The notes under the pieces were generated by a model that searched no databases, had not been told where the DNA came from, and saw only the letters and a list, made by a program, of their open reading frames with translations. From an uncultured virus (IMG/VR IMGVR_UViG_3300028557_000030) (Duplodnaviria; Heunggongvirae; Uroviricota; Caudoviricetes): a stretch of 64,000 bases of DNA. Every line of letters starts with the position of its first letter. The first letter of the stretch is position 1. The position numbers and the translations under genes are program-made. Of the stretch, positions 8,823-18,508 are shown in pieces. The stretch lies in the IMG/VR virus record IMGVR_UViG_3300028557_000030; one strand, 5' to 3'.

Positions 8823-9548
8823 ATGAGTTTAGTTATATGCATGTCAGGAAATAATACACGATTTCACAACGTGGGGTTTGATGTTCCAAAATATCTGTTA
8901 CCGTGGGCTGATAATACTATAATTTACTCAATTTTAGCTGAACTTAACCCGACCGAAGAAGTTATCCTACTGGCTAATAAGCGCGACCTTTACTTCAAAC
9001 CAAAATTATTATCATCAATCGAGTCTTTGGGTATCACTGAAAATAACGTGCATTACATAAATGATACCTCAGGGCAAGCACATACTGCGGCGATTGCGGC
9101 TGAACTTGTCAAAGATAAATCAGCACCATTTTTGATTCATAATGCGGACACGGTAGTTTATAACCGAAGTTTGTCTAATATCCATGTTGCATTAACACAC
9201 TGTGATGCATACATTGATACCTTTATTGCCAACTCTCCTGCATACTGTTATGTTCATATAAATAACAGAAAAGTGTCTGCTATAGTAGAGAAAAGGGCAA
9301 TATCCCCGTTCGCTAGCTCTGGTCTATACGCATTCAAAAACGCTCATGTTTACCTTGAAAAGTTCAACGAACTCTCAGCGAATTTCATTGGTTCAGAAAT
9401 GTATATATCAAACTTACTCAGTCATATGCTATCCACTGGATCAACTATTACAACAAACGAAATTGATAGCAGTCATTCGACTACCGTGCTTGGAACACCA
9501 CAAGAGTACGGGTTAGAACTAACCCGATTGCAGTTTAGCAAACAATGA
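8823..9548 (+). CDS. sugar-phosphate nucleotidyltransferase (NTP_transferase-like)
   Basis: ICMSGNNTRF..GFDVPKYLL (variant of GxGxR...PK), IHNAD, EKRAIS, GLYAF, LGTPQE. Confidence 0.8.
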   Translation: MSLVICMSGNNTRFHNVGFDVPKYLLPWADNTIIYSILAELNPTEEVILLANKRDLYFKPKLLSSIESLGITENNVHYINDTSGQAHTAAIAAELVKDKSAPFLIHNADTVVYNRSLSNIHVALTHCDAYIDTFIANSPAYCYVHINNRKVSAIVEKRAISPFASSGLYAFKNAHVYLEKFNELSANFIGSEMYISNLLSHMLSTGSTITTNEIDSSHSTTVLGTPQEYGLELTRLQFSKQ

Positions 9549-10516
9549 TCAAAACGAAGTTAAAGGGAGGGTCGTTAAGTGCTACATACTTGTGCGACCG
9601 TGCCGGCAACAAATTTGTACGCAAGGAAGTTAGCACCACTGATAATCGTGAATACGGGTTTGTAAGGTGGTACTCACAGCTAAAAAAATTACAGCGTATG
9701 GGTCAAGAATTTCCGGATCTGTTTCCGCGAGTACTTTCCGTATCAATAGAGCGAAACACCGCGTACTTTGATATTGAATATTTTCATGACTTTGTTGATT
9801 TAAAAACCTTTTTATGTAGTGCTGAGATATCGTCGGACACCTTGGAAAAAATCGTAACTCAAGTGTTTGATAGTCTATCTATCTTACATGCTAAAACTTA
9901 CCGTGCCAGTCCCGATGCGGCAAAACTATACTATTACGAAGAAGTAATACAAAAAATAGCAGACGCTGTTGCATCTAGCACAGACTTTGCTGAATTTTAT
10001 GAGATCGGCAACTACCAATTTCACGGCGAAGAAGTAAACGCAATACAGCAATACTTGCCGGCACTTGAACAATTCTTTGCTACTTTTAATGTGACTACTG
10101 AATGCTATGTTCATGGTAACCCAACACTAGAAAATATAATGTACTCCCCGTCAAACGATATTGTTAAGTTCATTGATCTATACGAAGAGGGAATCATTGA
10201 CTGTCCGGAACTTGACTTCTCACAGATATTACAATGCTCACACAGCTACTACGGTTTCATTAATGATAACTCTGTAGTCGTGAATAACAATATAGTATCT
10301 CATGATTTAAGTGTCCCGCAAGCATTGCAGGACTTTAATAAAGTATTTGAGAGCAAGCTATCAAATTTTGATATGCGTATATTACGAATATTTGAGGCAA
10401 CACAATTTATTAGAATGCTTCCATTTAAATGTGCTGCAGGGGACATCACCAAAGCAAAGTATTTTTATACTCATGCTTGCTACCTACTAGGAAGATGTTT
10501 CAATGAATCAAACTAA
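9545..10516 (+). CDS. aminoglycoside/choline-phosphotransferase-like kinase
   Basis: LKGGSLSATY Gly-rich loop, VRK lysine, HGNPTLENI...KFID Brenner-like motif; ATGA overlap with the upstream gene. Confidence 0.7.
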   Translation: MIKTKLKGGSLSATYLCDRAGNKFVRKEVSTTDNREYGFVRWYSQLKKLQRMGQEFPDLFPRVLSVSIERNTAYFDIEYFHDFVDLKTFLCSAEISSDTLEKIVTQVFDSLSILHAKTYRASPDAAKLYYYEEVIQKIADAVASSTDFAEFYEIGNYQFHGEEVNAIQQYLPALEQFFATFNVTTECYVHGNPTLENIMYSPSNDIVKFIDLYEEGIIDCPELDFSQILQCSHSYYGFINDNSVVVNNNIVSHDLSVPQALQDFNKVFESKLSNFDMRILRIFEATQFIRMLPFKCAAGDITKAKYFYTHACYLLGRCFNESN

Positions 10517-11642
10517 GATGTTGCCAGAGTTTGTAAACTTTAAAAGAAACTGGGAAGTTAACACTGACTTACCCACTTCATTCCGTATTGTTTACTCTAA
10601 CGATGTGTTTAATGTAAGTAATGAAGATTTGTTATCATACTCCACGAGTACTAGGCGATTAGTAATCATTGACCAAACTGTATACGAGTTATACAAAGAT
10701 TCAATGAATGAATACTTCAACCATCATTCTATAGAATTATGTCTACTTGTAATCGATGCAACTGAATCTAATAAAAATTGGAACACCGCTCAGGAAATAC
10801 TGAAGTTTTTTGAAGATAACAAGTTACTTAGACGAGAAACTGTCATTGGTGTCGGCGGCGGCGTACTCTTAGATATCGTTGGGTTCGCTGCTAGTTTATA
10901 TCGGCGCGGCATACAGTATATTAAAGTACCTACTACGTTACTCGCTATCGTTGATGCTTCAGTTGGTGCCAAAGTAGGCATTAACCACTTTGAACGTAGA
11001 AACAGACTTGGATCATATTATCCGCCCATTGCTTCATTGATTGATCGAAAGTTTATTAGTACCCAATCAGAGCGTGAGATTAAAAACGGCATATGCGAAA
11101 TGTTTAAGCTCGCGGTTATTAAAAGCGAGGAGTTATTTGATATTCTTGATCAAAACGCAGACCAGCTATTGACTGAGAAGTTCCAACTCGGTGCTGTTCC
11201 GGTACGTGCAATCAATCTTGCAATTACCGGAATGATTGAAGAACTGGCTCCAAATCTATGGGAAAAAAAATTAGATCGTTGCGTAGATTTTGGTCATTCA
11301 TTTAGTCCAATGATTGAGATGAAGAACTTACCAAACATGAGCCACGGTGAGGCAGTATTATTAGATTGTGTTTTTAGTTCCTGTGTTGCATTTGTGCGAG
11401 AGTTAATTACGATAGATCAACTTAACACCATCGTCGGTGCTGCCCGCAAGTTAAAACTACAAGTATATCACGATGATTTCACCGACACTGCATTATTAGA
11501 AGCCGCATTGAGTGACACTAGGTTACATCGCAATGCAAATCAATACTTACCGATGCCAGCCGGAATTGGTAAATATGTAATACTGAATGATGTTACAACC
11601 GACAACATTAGTAAAGCAATCGAAGTTTATAAGTCATTATGA
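10503..11642 (+). CDS. sedoheptulose-7-phosphate cyclase, 2-epi-5-epi-valiolone synthase (EEVS) type
   Basis: DHQS-fold motifs GGGVLLD, YRRGI, VPTTLLAIVDASVGAKVGIN and HGEAV. EEVS-type MIEELAPNLWE and RCVDFGHSFSP (DHQS has LNxGHT; DDGS has LELExPNLHE and RVIAxGH). Confidence 0.88.
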   Translation: MNQTKMLPEFVNFKRNWEVNTDLPTSFRIVYSNDVFNVSNEDLLSYSTSTRRLVIIDQTVYELYKDSMNEYFNHHSIELCLLVIDATESNKNWNTAQEILKFFEDNKLLRRETVIGVGGGVLLDIVGFAASLYRRGIQYIKVPTTLLAIVDASVGAKVGINHFERRNRLGSYYPPIASLIDRKFISTQSEREIKNGICEMFKLAVIKSEELFDILDQNADQLLTEKFQLGAVPVRAINLAITGMIEELAPNLWEKKLDRCVDFGHSFSPMIEMKNLPNMSHGEAVLLDCVFSSCVAFVRELITIDQLNTIVGAARKLKLQVYHDDFTDTALLEAALSDTRLHRNANQYLPMPAGIGKYVILNDVTTDNISKAIEVYKSL

Positions 11643-12301
11643 AAACTGCTGTAGTAACTGGTACTAGTCGCGGATTAGGAAAAGACATTGCATTAACTCT
11701 ACTAGAAAGAGGCTGGCAAGTATATGGGCTAGCACGTGGTAATTCAAATATCGTACATGTTAACTACCAACACTTTCGCGGTGACATAACTGACCATGAA
11801 GCTGTTGCTAGTATGATATCGCAAGTCAGTCAAATTGATTTACTAGTAAACAATGCTGCTGTATTTGAAATGTGTTCGTTTGGTGATTCTCAAATGGAGT
11901 CTATAAGCAAAATCATTGACACCAATGTTAAAGGCACTATGTATGTTACAAAGATATGCTTACCGGTAATGAATGCTGATAGTAAGATAATCTTCATTAA
12001 CTCAGTTGCTGGGTTAGGAGAATTAGAGAATCAATCTGTCTATTGTGCGTCAAAATATGCGTTAACTGCATTTGCCGGCGTACTTGGCAAAGAGTTGCGT
12101 AGTCGTAAAATTAAAGTAGTAAGCATACACCCCGGCGGAATTAACACTTCATTGTGGAATGAATCAAACCCTTACCCGATCGGAGACGTTGGAGATGCTA
12201 TTGATCCAAACCAGATTTCAGAGTTGATTCTTTTTATACTAAGCAATAGCAATGTTGAATTCAAAACGGTGAAACTGTTCCCAGAAGCTGAGTGGCATTA
12301 G
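11639..12301 (+). CDS. classical short-chain dehydrogenase/reductase
   Basis: TGTSRGLG, NNAA, catalytic S...YCASK, HPGG; ATGA overlap with EEVS. Confidence 0.9.
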   Translation: MKTAVVTGTSRGLGKDIALTLLERGWQVYGLARGNSNIVHVNYQHFRGDITDHEAVASMISQVSQIDLLVNNAAVFEMCSFGDSQMESISKIIDTNVKGTMYVTKICLPVMNADSKIIFINSVAGLGELENQSVYCASKYALTAFAGVLGKELRSRKIKVVSIHPGGINTSLWNESNPYPIGDVGDAIDPNQISELILFILSNSNVEFKTVKLFPEAEWH

Positions 12302-12935
12302 GTAAACTGTGGTATTTAAGCAACAGGCGCCGGCGTCTATCGTAAAGATGATCATAGTACATCAAAGTTTGAATGTTAATCTCAACGTTATCCGGAATGT
12401 TGGGCCTATAAAGTCTTCCATGATAAGGAGCTAAAACGGCATCAAATTTCTTTGCAATATAATACAGGTATTCATGTGATTTAAACGCCGAAGTGAAGTC
12501 CGAAAATTCGCTGTATTCATTTACAATTCGTTTAAAAATACCAAACGGTACAACAAACATGATGTCATTGGCACTTTGTACTTGATCATCATAGTTAATC
12601 ATTACTTTATCATCACTAAGCTGTATTTGCTGAATAAGCGGACTGATGTCGGTAATATATAAATCAGGTCGAGATACTAACACTAGTTGATCGTCTGAAA
12701 ATCTCATCGTTGCAGCATAATACTGCCAACGATAATATATTTTGTTTGTATTATTATTAGTAGGGTAAAACTTCCAATCCAACCCTACTACATTGGCATT
12801 TGGGTACGCTGACCTTGCCATGTCAACGCTCGCTGAATCAACACAGAGTGTTATATTTGCGTTTGGTATTTTTTTCCAATTTTCTGCACATTTGGTTCCG
12901 GTTCTGAACTCTCCGGATAAAAAAATTTCAATCAT
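12261..12935 (-). CDS. putative glycosyltransferase-like protein (SGxxRT/RxD type)
   Basis: Likely start MIEIFLSGEFRT at 12935; SRPDLY and ANDIMF; similar to ORF 12963-13820. Confidence 0.5.
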   Translation of the reverse strand: MIEIFLSGEFRTGTKCAENWKKIPNANITLCVDSASVDMARSAYPNANVVGLDWKFYPTNNNTNKIYYRWQYYAATMRFSDDQLVLVSRPDLYITDISPLIQQIQLSDDKVMINYDDQVQSANDIMFVVPFGIFKRIVNEYSEFSDFTSAFKSHEYLYYIAKKFDAVLAPYHGRLYRPNIPDNVEINIQTLMYYDHLYDRRRRLLLKYHSLPNATQLLGTVSPF

Positions 12936-12962
12936 ACTAGTCTCTCTTCCTAATCTTCTCAA

Positions 12963-13820
12963 TTACCGTCGACTTAGCAGGCTCCGAAGTCTAAGCTGAC
13001 AGTGAGGCTTGCCCTGTGATATCCAAAACTCTTCCATCTCAATAAGTATACGGTCATGCCAAAGTTCTTTTACTCGCTTAATACCATATTCTATTATCTG
13101 TTGTTCAATCAAGGCATATCGCCAAGTATTACTTTTAACGTGAATCTTTTCAAATGTATCATCTTCAATAGTAGCATTGGGTCGGCAAAAACAATAACGC
13201 ACCGTAGGGACAATCTGCGCTAACATAATATTTCTATCTGTCAGATCCTGCCAAAACCAGGTATGCCAATCACCTTGGTCGGCGTTCCCCCACTTATCAA
13301 TGTCAAGCCCGCCAATTGCTGAATGCATGATTGCCGGAGACCCAAGTAATACTATATCGTCTTGAGAGTTATTACCCATTGGCCAGCCAGAATATAACAC
13401 ATTGCTTTCAATATTTTTAACTCTCTCAATGATCAATTCTATTTTCATTGAAGGTTCTTGGAAATAAATATCAGGACGAATAATCATGATTGCATCATAT
13501 TCGAAACCACTGTATTTTATTAAATCTAGCCCGCGCCGCCAGCGATGAATCATCTTACTGTTATATCTTGCTAGAGATTTGTTAAACATAGTGCTACTTT
13601 CATAGCAATACCCAGTAAGTTGTTTATCATCCAATGAGTTTTTTACTCTGTCTAACGTAACTTCTTCATCATGTATTATCTTTAACCGATGGCTTTGATG
13701 ATAAGTTCGATCCCAGGTGCTAAAGTAAACATCAATGCAGTCATCATATAAAAAACCCATAGACTTTTTTGCCAAGTCAAAAGTCCGATATTCCCCGCTG
13801 ATTAATACTGCAATTTTCAT
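12963..13820 (-). CDS. putative glycosyltransferase-like protein (SGxxRT/RxD type)
   Basis: MKIAVLISGEYRTF, DVYFSTW, YDAIMIIRPD, QDDIV; ATAAATA at 13826-13832. Confidence 0.55.
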   Translation of the reverse strand: MKIAVLISGEYRTFDLAKKSMGFLYDDCIDVYFSTWDRTYHQSHRLKIIHDEEVTLDRVKNSLDDKQLTGYCYESSTMFNKSLARYNSKMIHRWRRGLDLIKYSGFEYDAIMIIRPDIYFQEPSMKIELIIERVKNIESNVLYSGWPMGNNSQDDIVLLGSPAIMHSAIGGLDIDKWGNADQGDWHTWFWQDLTDRNIMLAQIVPTVRYCFCRPNATIEDDTFEKIHVKSNTWRYALIEQQIIEYGIKRVKELWHDRILIEMEEFWISQGKPHCQLRLRSLLSRR

Positions 13821-13871
13821 ATCACTATTTATTTACTGTCAAGCGTTGATACATAATGCTACCCGCATATT

Positions 13872-15311
13872 TTATAATCTCTTCCATCTATTATACATAT
13901 CTTCAAGTTCAGGGAATGTTTCTAGGAAATTGGTTCCGCGCCTACGATCATGCTCATCAACAAAAGCAACAAAGTTCTTTCTGTTTACATTAGTGAATTC
14001 ATTGTGTTGATTATTTTTCATGATGTTATATATACGCTTTAACTTATCGGCTTCATGCTCATAGAAGCCTCTATTAGCAGTGCCATACCATCCTTTGTAC
14101 TCTAAGTTACGATACATGTGAGTTACTTGATCGTATATCAGGTGTAACATTTCCGGTTCAAGCATGAACACTGCTTGATGATCTGGATAACGTAAATAAG
14201 GAATGTCTAACAACATAGGGTTTCTTTCGCTGTCATGTCTTCCAAATTCTCGTTTGATTTCAAGAACGTCATCCAAAAATTTATTATACGTAGTAAGGCT
14301 AAGAATGTTATATGTACTCATGACAGTGAAATCTATTTCTGGAATTTCTTTGTACATGCGACGAATGTTTGTCAACCACATGTCGTAGTTCATGCCGAAT
14401 CTTATGTAGTCACACTGTTTACCGTGCGCCTCTGCACTAGTAAACATTTTGAATTTCTTAACCTTTTTTTCATCAATGATAATCTTTACTTTTTCTAAAA
14501 ATTTATTGAAAATTGCAGCGGGTGGATTCATATTACTATTGATACTAACTTCAAGATTGGGATTAGGATTATCGATGATGTAATCCAATACCTTAAAGGT
14601 ATCTTTACTAAGTAACGGTTCGCCACCTGTAATACGGAAATGCTGTAAACTGCCATACATCCTTGGCCACCATTCCCAAAACGCATCAACGTATGGGTTT
14701 TCTTCTCGGTTCGGAATAGGCATCATGCCTTCTTGTTTAAGCCATCCTAAATTATTAAATTGAGTGCTTGTGGGATACGGTCCGAATTTTTCAATCTCTT
14801 CCATCCACTTGCTACTGATGTGCGGAGCACAATAGCTACACTTAAAGTTACATACGTTACTAAAACTTACTTCTACATAGCTAGGATCAACGTTATCATC
14901 CCATGGCTTAGCAGCAATGTCTTGGATGTGTGGAGCTGCCCAGCTATCTGCACTCTTATAAACACGATCACTCAATGCACCATTACCATCGTCTTCTACT
15001 TTCCAACAATAATCACACTCAGCCGGTCGCTCTCCTTCAAGCATCATTTTTCTCTGTTGCTTTTTATATTCACTATTATGAAGTGCTGTAGGATTTCGTT
15101 TGATTTCTTCTACTGGTACTACGTGGGTCTTTGGATGGTGACAGCTATGATTCATGCCATTCTGAAGATGCATGGTAACCTGCTTCCATTTTGCCGCGCA
15201 AAAGCTAGAACTTACCTCATCTAGTTCGGCTTTTGTATTCTGTAAATGTTGTTGGTAGTTGTCAAAAGTTCCCACTTTTGCTTTACGATGGTTTATGTTG
15301 AGCAGGGACAT
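13872..15311 (-). CDS. radical SAM protein with N-terminal auxiliary Cys cluster
   Basis: CNFKCSYC (CxxxCxxC) and TGGEP; extra N-terminal Cys (FCAAKW, SCHH, CDYC). Confidence 0.88.
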   Translation of the reverse strand: MSLLNINHRKAKVGTFDNYQQHLQNTKAELDEVSSSFCAAKWKQVTMHLQNGMNHSCHHPKTHVVPVEEIKRNPTALHNSEYKKQQRKMMLEGERPAECDYCWKVEDDGNGALSDRVYKSADSWAAPHIQDIAAKPWDDNVDPSYVEVSFSNVCNFKCSYCAPHISSKWMEEIEKFGPYPTSTQFNNLGWLKQEGMMPIPNREENPYVDAFWEWWPRMYGSLQHFRITGGEPLLSKDTFKVLDYIIDNPNPNLEVSINSNMNPPAAIFNKFLEKVKIIIDEKKVKKFKMFTSAEAHGKQCDYIRFGMNYDMWLTNIRRMYKEIPEIDFTVMSTYNILSLTTYNKFLDDVLEIKREFGRHDSERNPMLLDIPYLRYPDHQAVFMLEPEMLHLIYDQVTHMYRNLEYKGWYGTANRGFYEHEADKLKRIYNIMKNNQHNEFTNVNRKNFVAFVDEHDRRRGTNFLETFPELEDMYNRWKRL

Positions 15312-15315
15312 TCCG

Positions 15316-16317
15316 TCACCATCCTTCTATTTTGCGTATGACATCCATCTCTTTCACGAGCGGACCTAGATTATATTTATCGGCATTGTAGTGACGCTTA
15401 AAGAACTTGGACTGCGTTGCATCAAGTGTGCAGATAGGTAGACCTAACTTGTCTTGCAATTCTTCACCTATTTCTTCTGCATAATGTATAGGATTCGTTC
15501 TATGCTTCTCCCATAATTCAGGGAAGTTGTCGAACCATGCGACATCTCTGTAGTCCCAATCAGTTAGCATAGTCATATATGTACCTAATCTAGCACCATA
15601 TATAGCCCAAGACCCGTTCTCTACATCCATACCAACATTTTGCCATATCGTGAGATTGTTTAGATTACGATTAGATACTCTTTGCTTAAAGTCATCTATA
15701 CTGGGCTTTGCTCCCCGATCAAGTACCATCTTGACACCTTCTCGGAATCCTGCTCGCCATGCTTGGAAGGGAGTGTAGTTAGGATACGTAGTAGAGTAGC
15801 AGTCATACATCGCCCAATATAGATTGTCTGAGGAATCCATACAGAAGTCAACTGCTGTGGCATCGCCTCCGTCGCTAGTCTCATGCGTCTTCATGTTAGC
15901 AACATATGTCTTTGTCCAAGAAGACATTCCGCCATTACCGTAGCGTAGTCCGTTGATAGCATTGACTGCTCTCCAGCGATACTGTGCTAACTTATAATTA
16001 GGGTCTCTGTCTGTGAAGTCTAGTTGTAGATTAAAGAAGTTCTCATCGGGCATGTTATCGCCGTCAATGAGAATGAAGCGTTCAGTGGTAGACGCTTCAC
16101 CTGCTGCTTTGTGTGCGGCGTCCGAACCTTTGACCCCGTCTACTCTAACAGCCCAGGGACACATGTTCTTAATCTTTAACCAGAATTCTTCTTTCTGGGG
16201 TTCGTCATAACTTAGATATACACAATCTAAGTCAGCTACATCAATTATATCATCAGAGTTCATATACTGCAAGTTTCCAATACTGTTTTTCAATGTCGTC
16301 GTCTTCGCTGACGACAA
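15316..16317 (-). CDS. glycosyltransferase-like protein (GT-A fold)
   Basis: DCVYLSYDEP, RVDGVKGSDAAHKAA, FILIDGDN (DxD), AWRAGFREGVKM. Confidence 0.65.
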   Translation of the reverse strand: MSSAKTTTLKNSIGNLQYMNSDDIIDVADLDCVYLSYDEPQKEEFWLKIKNMCPWAVRVDGVKGSDAAHKAAGEASTTERFILIDGDNMPDENFFNLQLDFTDRDPNYKLAQYRWRAVNAINGLRYGNGGMSSWTKTYVANMKTHETSDGGDATAVDFCMDSSDNLYWAMYDCYSTTYPNYTPFQAWRAGFREGVKMVLDRGAKPSIDDFKQRVSNRNLNNLTIWQNVGMDVENGSWAIYGARLGTYMTMLTDWDYRDVAWFDNFPELWEKHRTNPIHYAEEIGEELQDKLGLPICTLDATQSKFFKRHYNADKYNLGPLVKEMDVIRKIEGW

Positions 16318-16597
16318 CGCTTAAGTCTTCTGCCGCACACAGAGTCCCTTCTGTGCTAGGCACCAATCTAATGATAGTTGCGTTAGGAGCATCTTTGATT
16401 ATCCTTCCGTCAACTACTCTTACGTCATGTCTACCCTCAGCAAATGCCAGAGCATCGATAACGATGTAATTACCTTCTAATAGCTTTTCACCAGTATAGC
16501 ATATAACAGAACCTAAGTCATCATAATAAAGCCTGAATTCGGGCTTTTCGATGATCGGAGCTTCCCAAATGAACATTTCTTCATTGTTATCACTCAT
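16253..16597 (-). CDS. hypothetical protein
   Basis: ORF track; translationally coupled within the operon. Confidence 0.7.
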   Translation of the reverse strand: MSDNNEEMFIWEAPIIEKPEFRLYYDDLGSVICYTGEKLLEGNYIVIDALAFAEGRHDVRVVDGRIIKDAPNATIIRLVPSTEGTLCAAEDLSVVVSEDDDIEKQYWKLAVYEL

Positions 16598-17349
16598 CTT
16601 AGCTTCTCCAAAATAGTGTCAGCGAAATGCTTCATATGATAGTGAAACGGATACAGTTGCGGTATCGTATTGACTCTGATAGTATGAGGTAATATCTCAC
16701 ACGCAAATGTCTTAGTCCAGTCTTCCGAAGGTGTATTGTTGATGTACTGCTTCATGTGCACCATTGCCATTGGCTCAAATTGAGGTAATGTAGTTTTCTC
16801 AACACCTATCACATGAGATGCGATTGCATATACCCAATCGGTGGTAGCAAGTTCATCAACGTTACACTTCATCGTCTTGCGGAAGTCTTCCCAATTCTCC
16901 CAGATAGTTCTAGTGGTCTCAAAGAACTGCTGGGCTGCAGGGGATTTCCTAAAGTAAGTGATTCCGTTGTACGTATCAGGTAGACTGTTCTCAAGAATGA
17001 ATCTACGATAGAAAGTAACAGTAGAATCTTCTTGCATAAAGTTCTTCATTCGTGTACAAATAACAACGTCACGATCAGCGAGAGCGTCAAACCAATAGTC
17101 AATAGAACGTGGAATAAACATATCTGCTTCTAGCTTGATAGTATATTCATATGGACTAGCTTCATAAACTTGCCAATCGTTTTGTAGCTTCCATGCTGTA
17201 TCAGGACACTGATCACCGTGTGGCAGCATGTCAGTTGTGATGATAGTCACATTGGCATCGGGCATCACTCGCTTGATGCTGAGTTCAAGAGCCTGAGCGC
17301 ACTTGACGTATTCGTCACCTTGCGCCATGATGACAAAACCCTTATCCAT
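16594..17349 (-). CDS. GT8-like glycosyltransferase
   Basis: Likely start MDKGFVIMAQ; SPYEYTIKLEAD (DxD-like) and YNGITYF; similar to 17342-18148. Confidence 0.6.
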   Translation of the reverse strand: MDKGFVIMAQGDEYVKCAQALELSIKRVMPDANVTIITTDMLPHGDQCPDTAWKLQNDWQVYEASPYEYTIKLEADMFIPRSIDYWFDALADRDVVICTRMKNFMQEDSTVTFYRRFILENSLPDTYNGITYFRKSPAAQQFFETTRTIWENWEDFRKTMKCNVDELATTDWVYAIASHVIGVEKTTLPQFEPMAMVHMKQYINNTPSEDWTKTFACEILPHTIRVNTIPQLYPFHYHMKHFADTILEKLR

Positions 17350-18148
17350 TGATGATGCCCACAAATAGTTCTTTGTCCATGACATGAAAGTCCATGTCTT
17401 TAACGGTCAGATACTCTTTACGAACTTTCCCGCGCTGCCAATTGTCAAACGTTACTGTAAACTCAGTGTCCAACTCATCATCATTGTTCTTATAAATTTG
17501 AGTGTTGCTTCCGATGTGAATTAGATTCCAAGGAATGAAATCGCTCTTAGTGGTTAGGTGCCCGTTGACGATGTCCATAGCGATAGTCAACGCATAGTCG
17601 TTGCGATAGATGCCGGTATTAAATGAATGCAGGTTCATATAGTATTCGTAATTGTTCTGAACCATCTGCATACATTCAAAGATGCGCTTTGCGTTGTCAG
17701 TCTTCTTGAATGCGATCACTGTTGCCCAAAGAGAGTTGTAGCCGTAGTAGCTGATCTTCTCTTGTTCAGCATTGGGCTGCATGAGAAAGTCAATAGTATC
17801 GTGACAAATAAAGTCATCGTACATGTCGAACAGCGTTGACAGCTTGTTTGAATTTACTACATAGTCTACATCGATCAACAGGGTTTCGTCATACGGGGTG
17901 AGTTCATATGCTTGCCATCTGCCTTTGTTGATCCATGTACCCCAAACACGAGTGTTGTTCTTATCTGGAACAACCTTGATCACGTTGTCCCAAACGTAGT
18001 CTGGCTGTTCTGGGTATGAGTCTTCATCCGTAACAATAGTCACAGGTAAATCGAGAAAATGCGTTATGCGTCTAGCAGTGTATTCTGCCATCTCATAGTA
18101 ATTGAATTTCTCAGTATTAAAGGCAAATAGAATGGCTCCGCGAGTCAT
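17342..18148 (-). CDS. GT8-like glycosyltransferase
   Basis: TPYDETLLIDVDY (DxD), WATVIAF, RNDYAL. Confidence 0.65.
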   Translation of the reverse strand: MTRGAILFAFNTEKFNYYEMAEYTARRITHFLDLPVTIVTDEDSYPEQPDYVWDNVIKVVPDKNNTRVWGTWINKGRWQAYELTPYDETLLIDVDYVVNSNKLSTLFDMYDDFICHDTIDFLMQPNAEQEKISYYGYNSLWATVIAFKKTDNAKRIFECMQMVQNNYEYYMNLHSFNTGIYRNDYALTIAMDIVNGHLTTKSDFIPWNLIHIGSNTQIYKNNDDELDTEFTVTFDNWQRGKVRKEYLTVKDMDFHVMDKELFVGIING

Positions 18149-18459
18149 CTCTTGTTCTCAAGTTCTGTCCACTCATTGTACCATTCAGCCATAACACTGC
18201 GATAGACTTCTTTTAGCGTAGTTAATAGGGCACTGCGCTCAACAAGTATCGGGTTTTGAAAAGTGTCGATCATAACTACCCTATCGTCGTAGTCATTGGA
18301 CATGTTAGATAAGAACGAAATAGTTGATTGGTCAGCCTTCCAGAGACCGCCCTGCTCTGCAACGATTAGTTTTGCACTATATTTTTCTGCAAGGTACGCC
18401 TTAGCCGAATTATGATTAAATCTGGCTTTCGCCTCTGCAAGTAAGGTTTTGGTATCCAT
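18145..18459 (-). CDS. hypothetical protein (first gene of the GT operon)
   Basis: ORF track; GGAG RBS; TAAATA at 18475-18480. Confidence 0.75.
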   Translation of the reverse strand: MDTKTLLAEAKARFNHNSAKAYLAEKYSAKLIVAEQGGLWKADQSTISFLSNMSNDYDDRVVMIDTFQNPILVERSALLTTLKEVYRSVMAEWYNEWTELENKR

Positions 18460-18508
18460 CGTATCTCCTAGAAGTATTTAGATGGATATGCGAGTTGCGA
18501 TTAAAAAA

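Noticed and set aside
10503..11642. 3-dehydroquinate synthase (aroB) or DDG synthase annotation
   Set aside because: It has DFGHSFSP and EELAPNLWE rather than the DHQS LNxGHT or DDGS RVIAxGH motifs, and no shikimate or MAA ATP-grasp genes are nearby.
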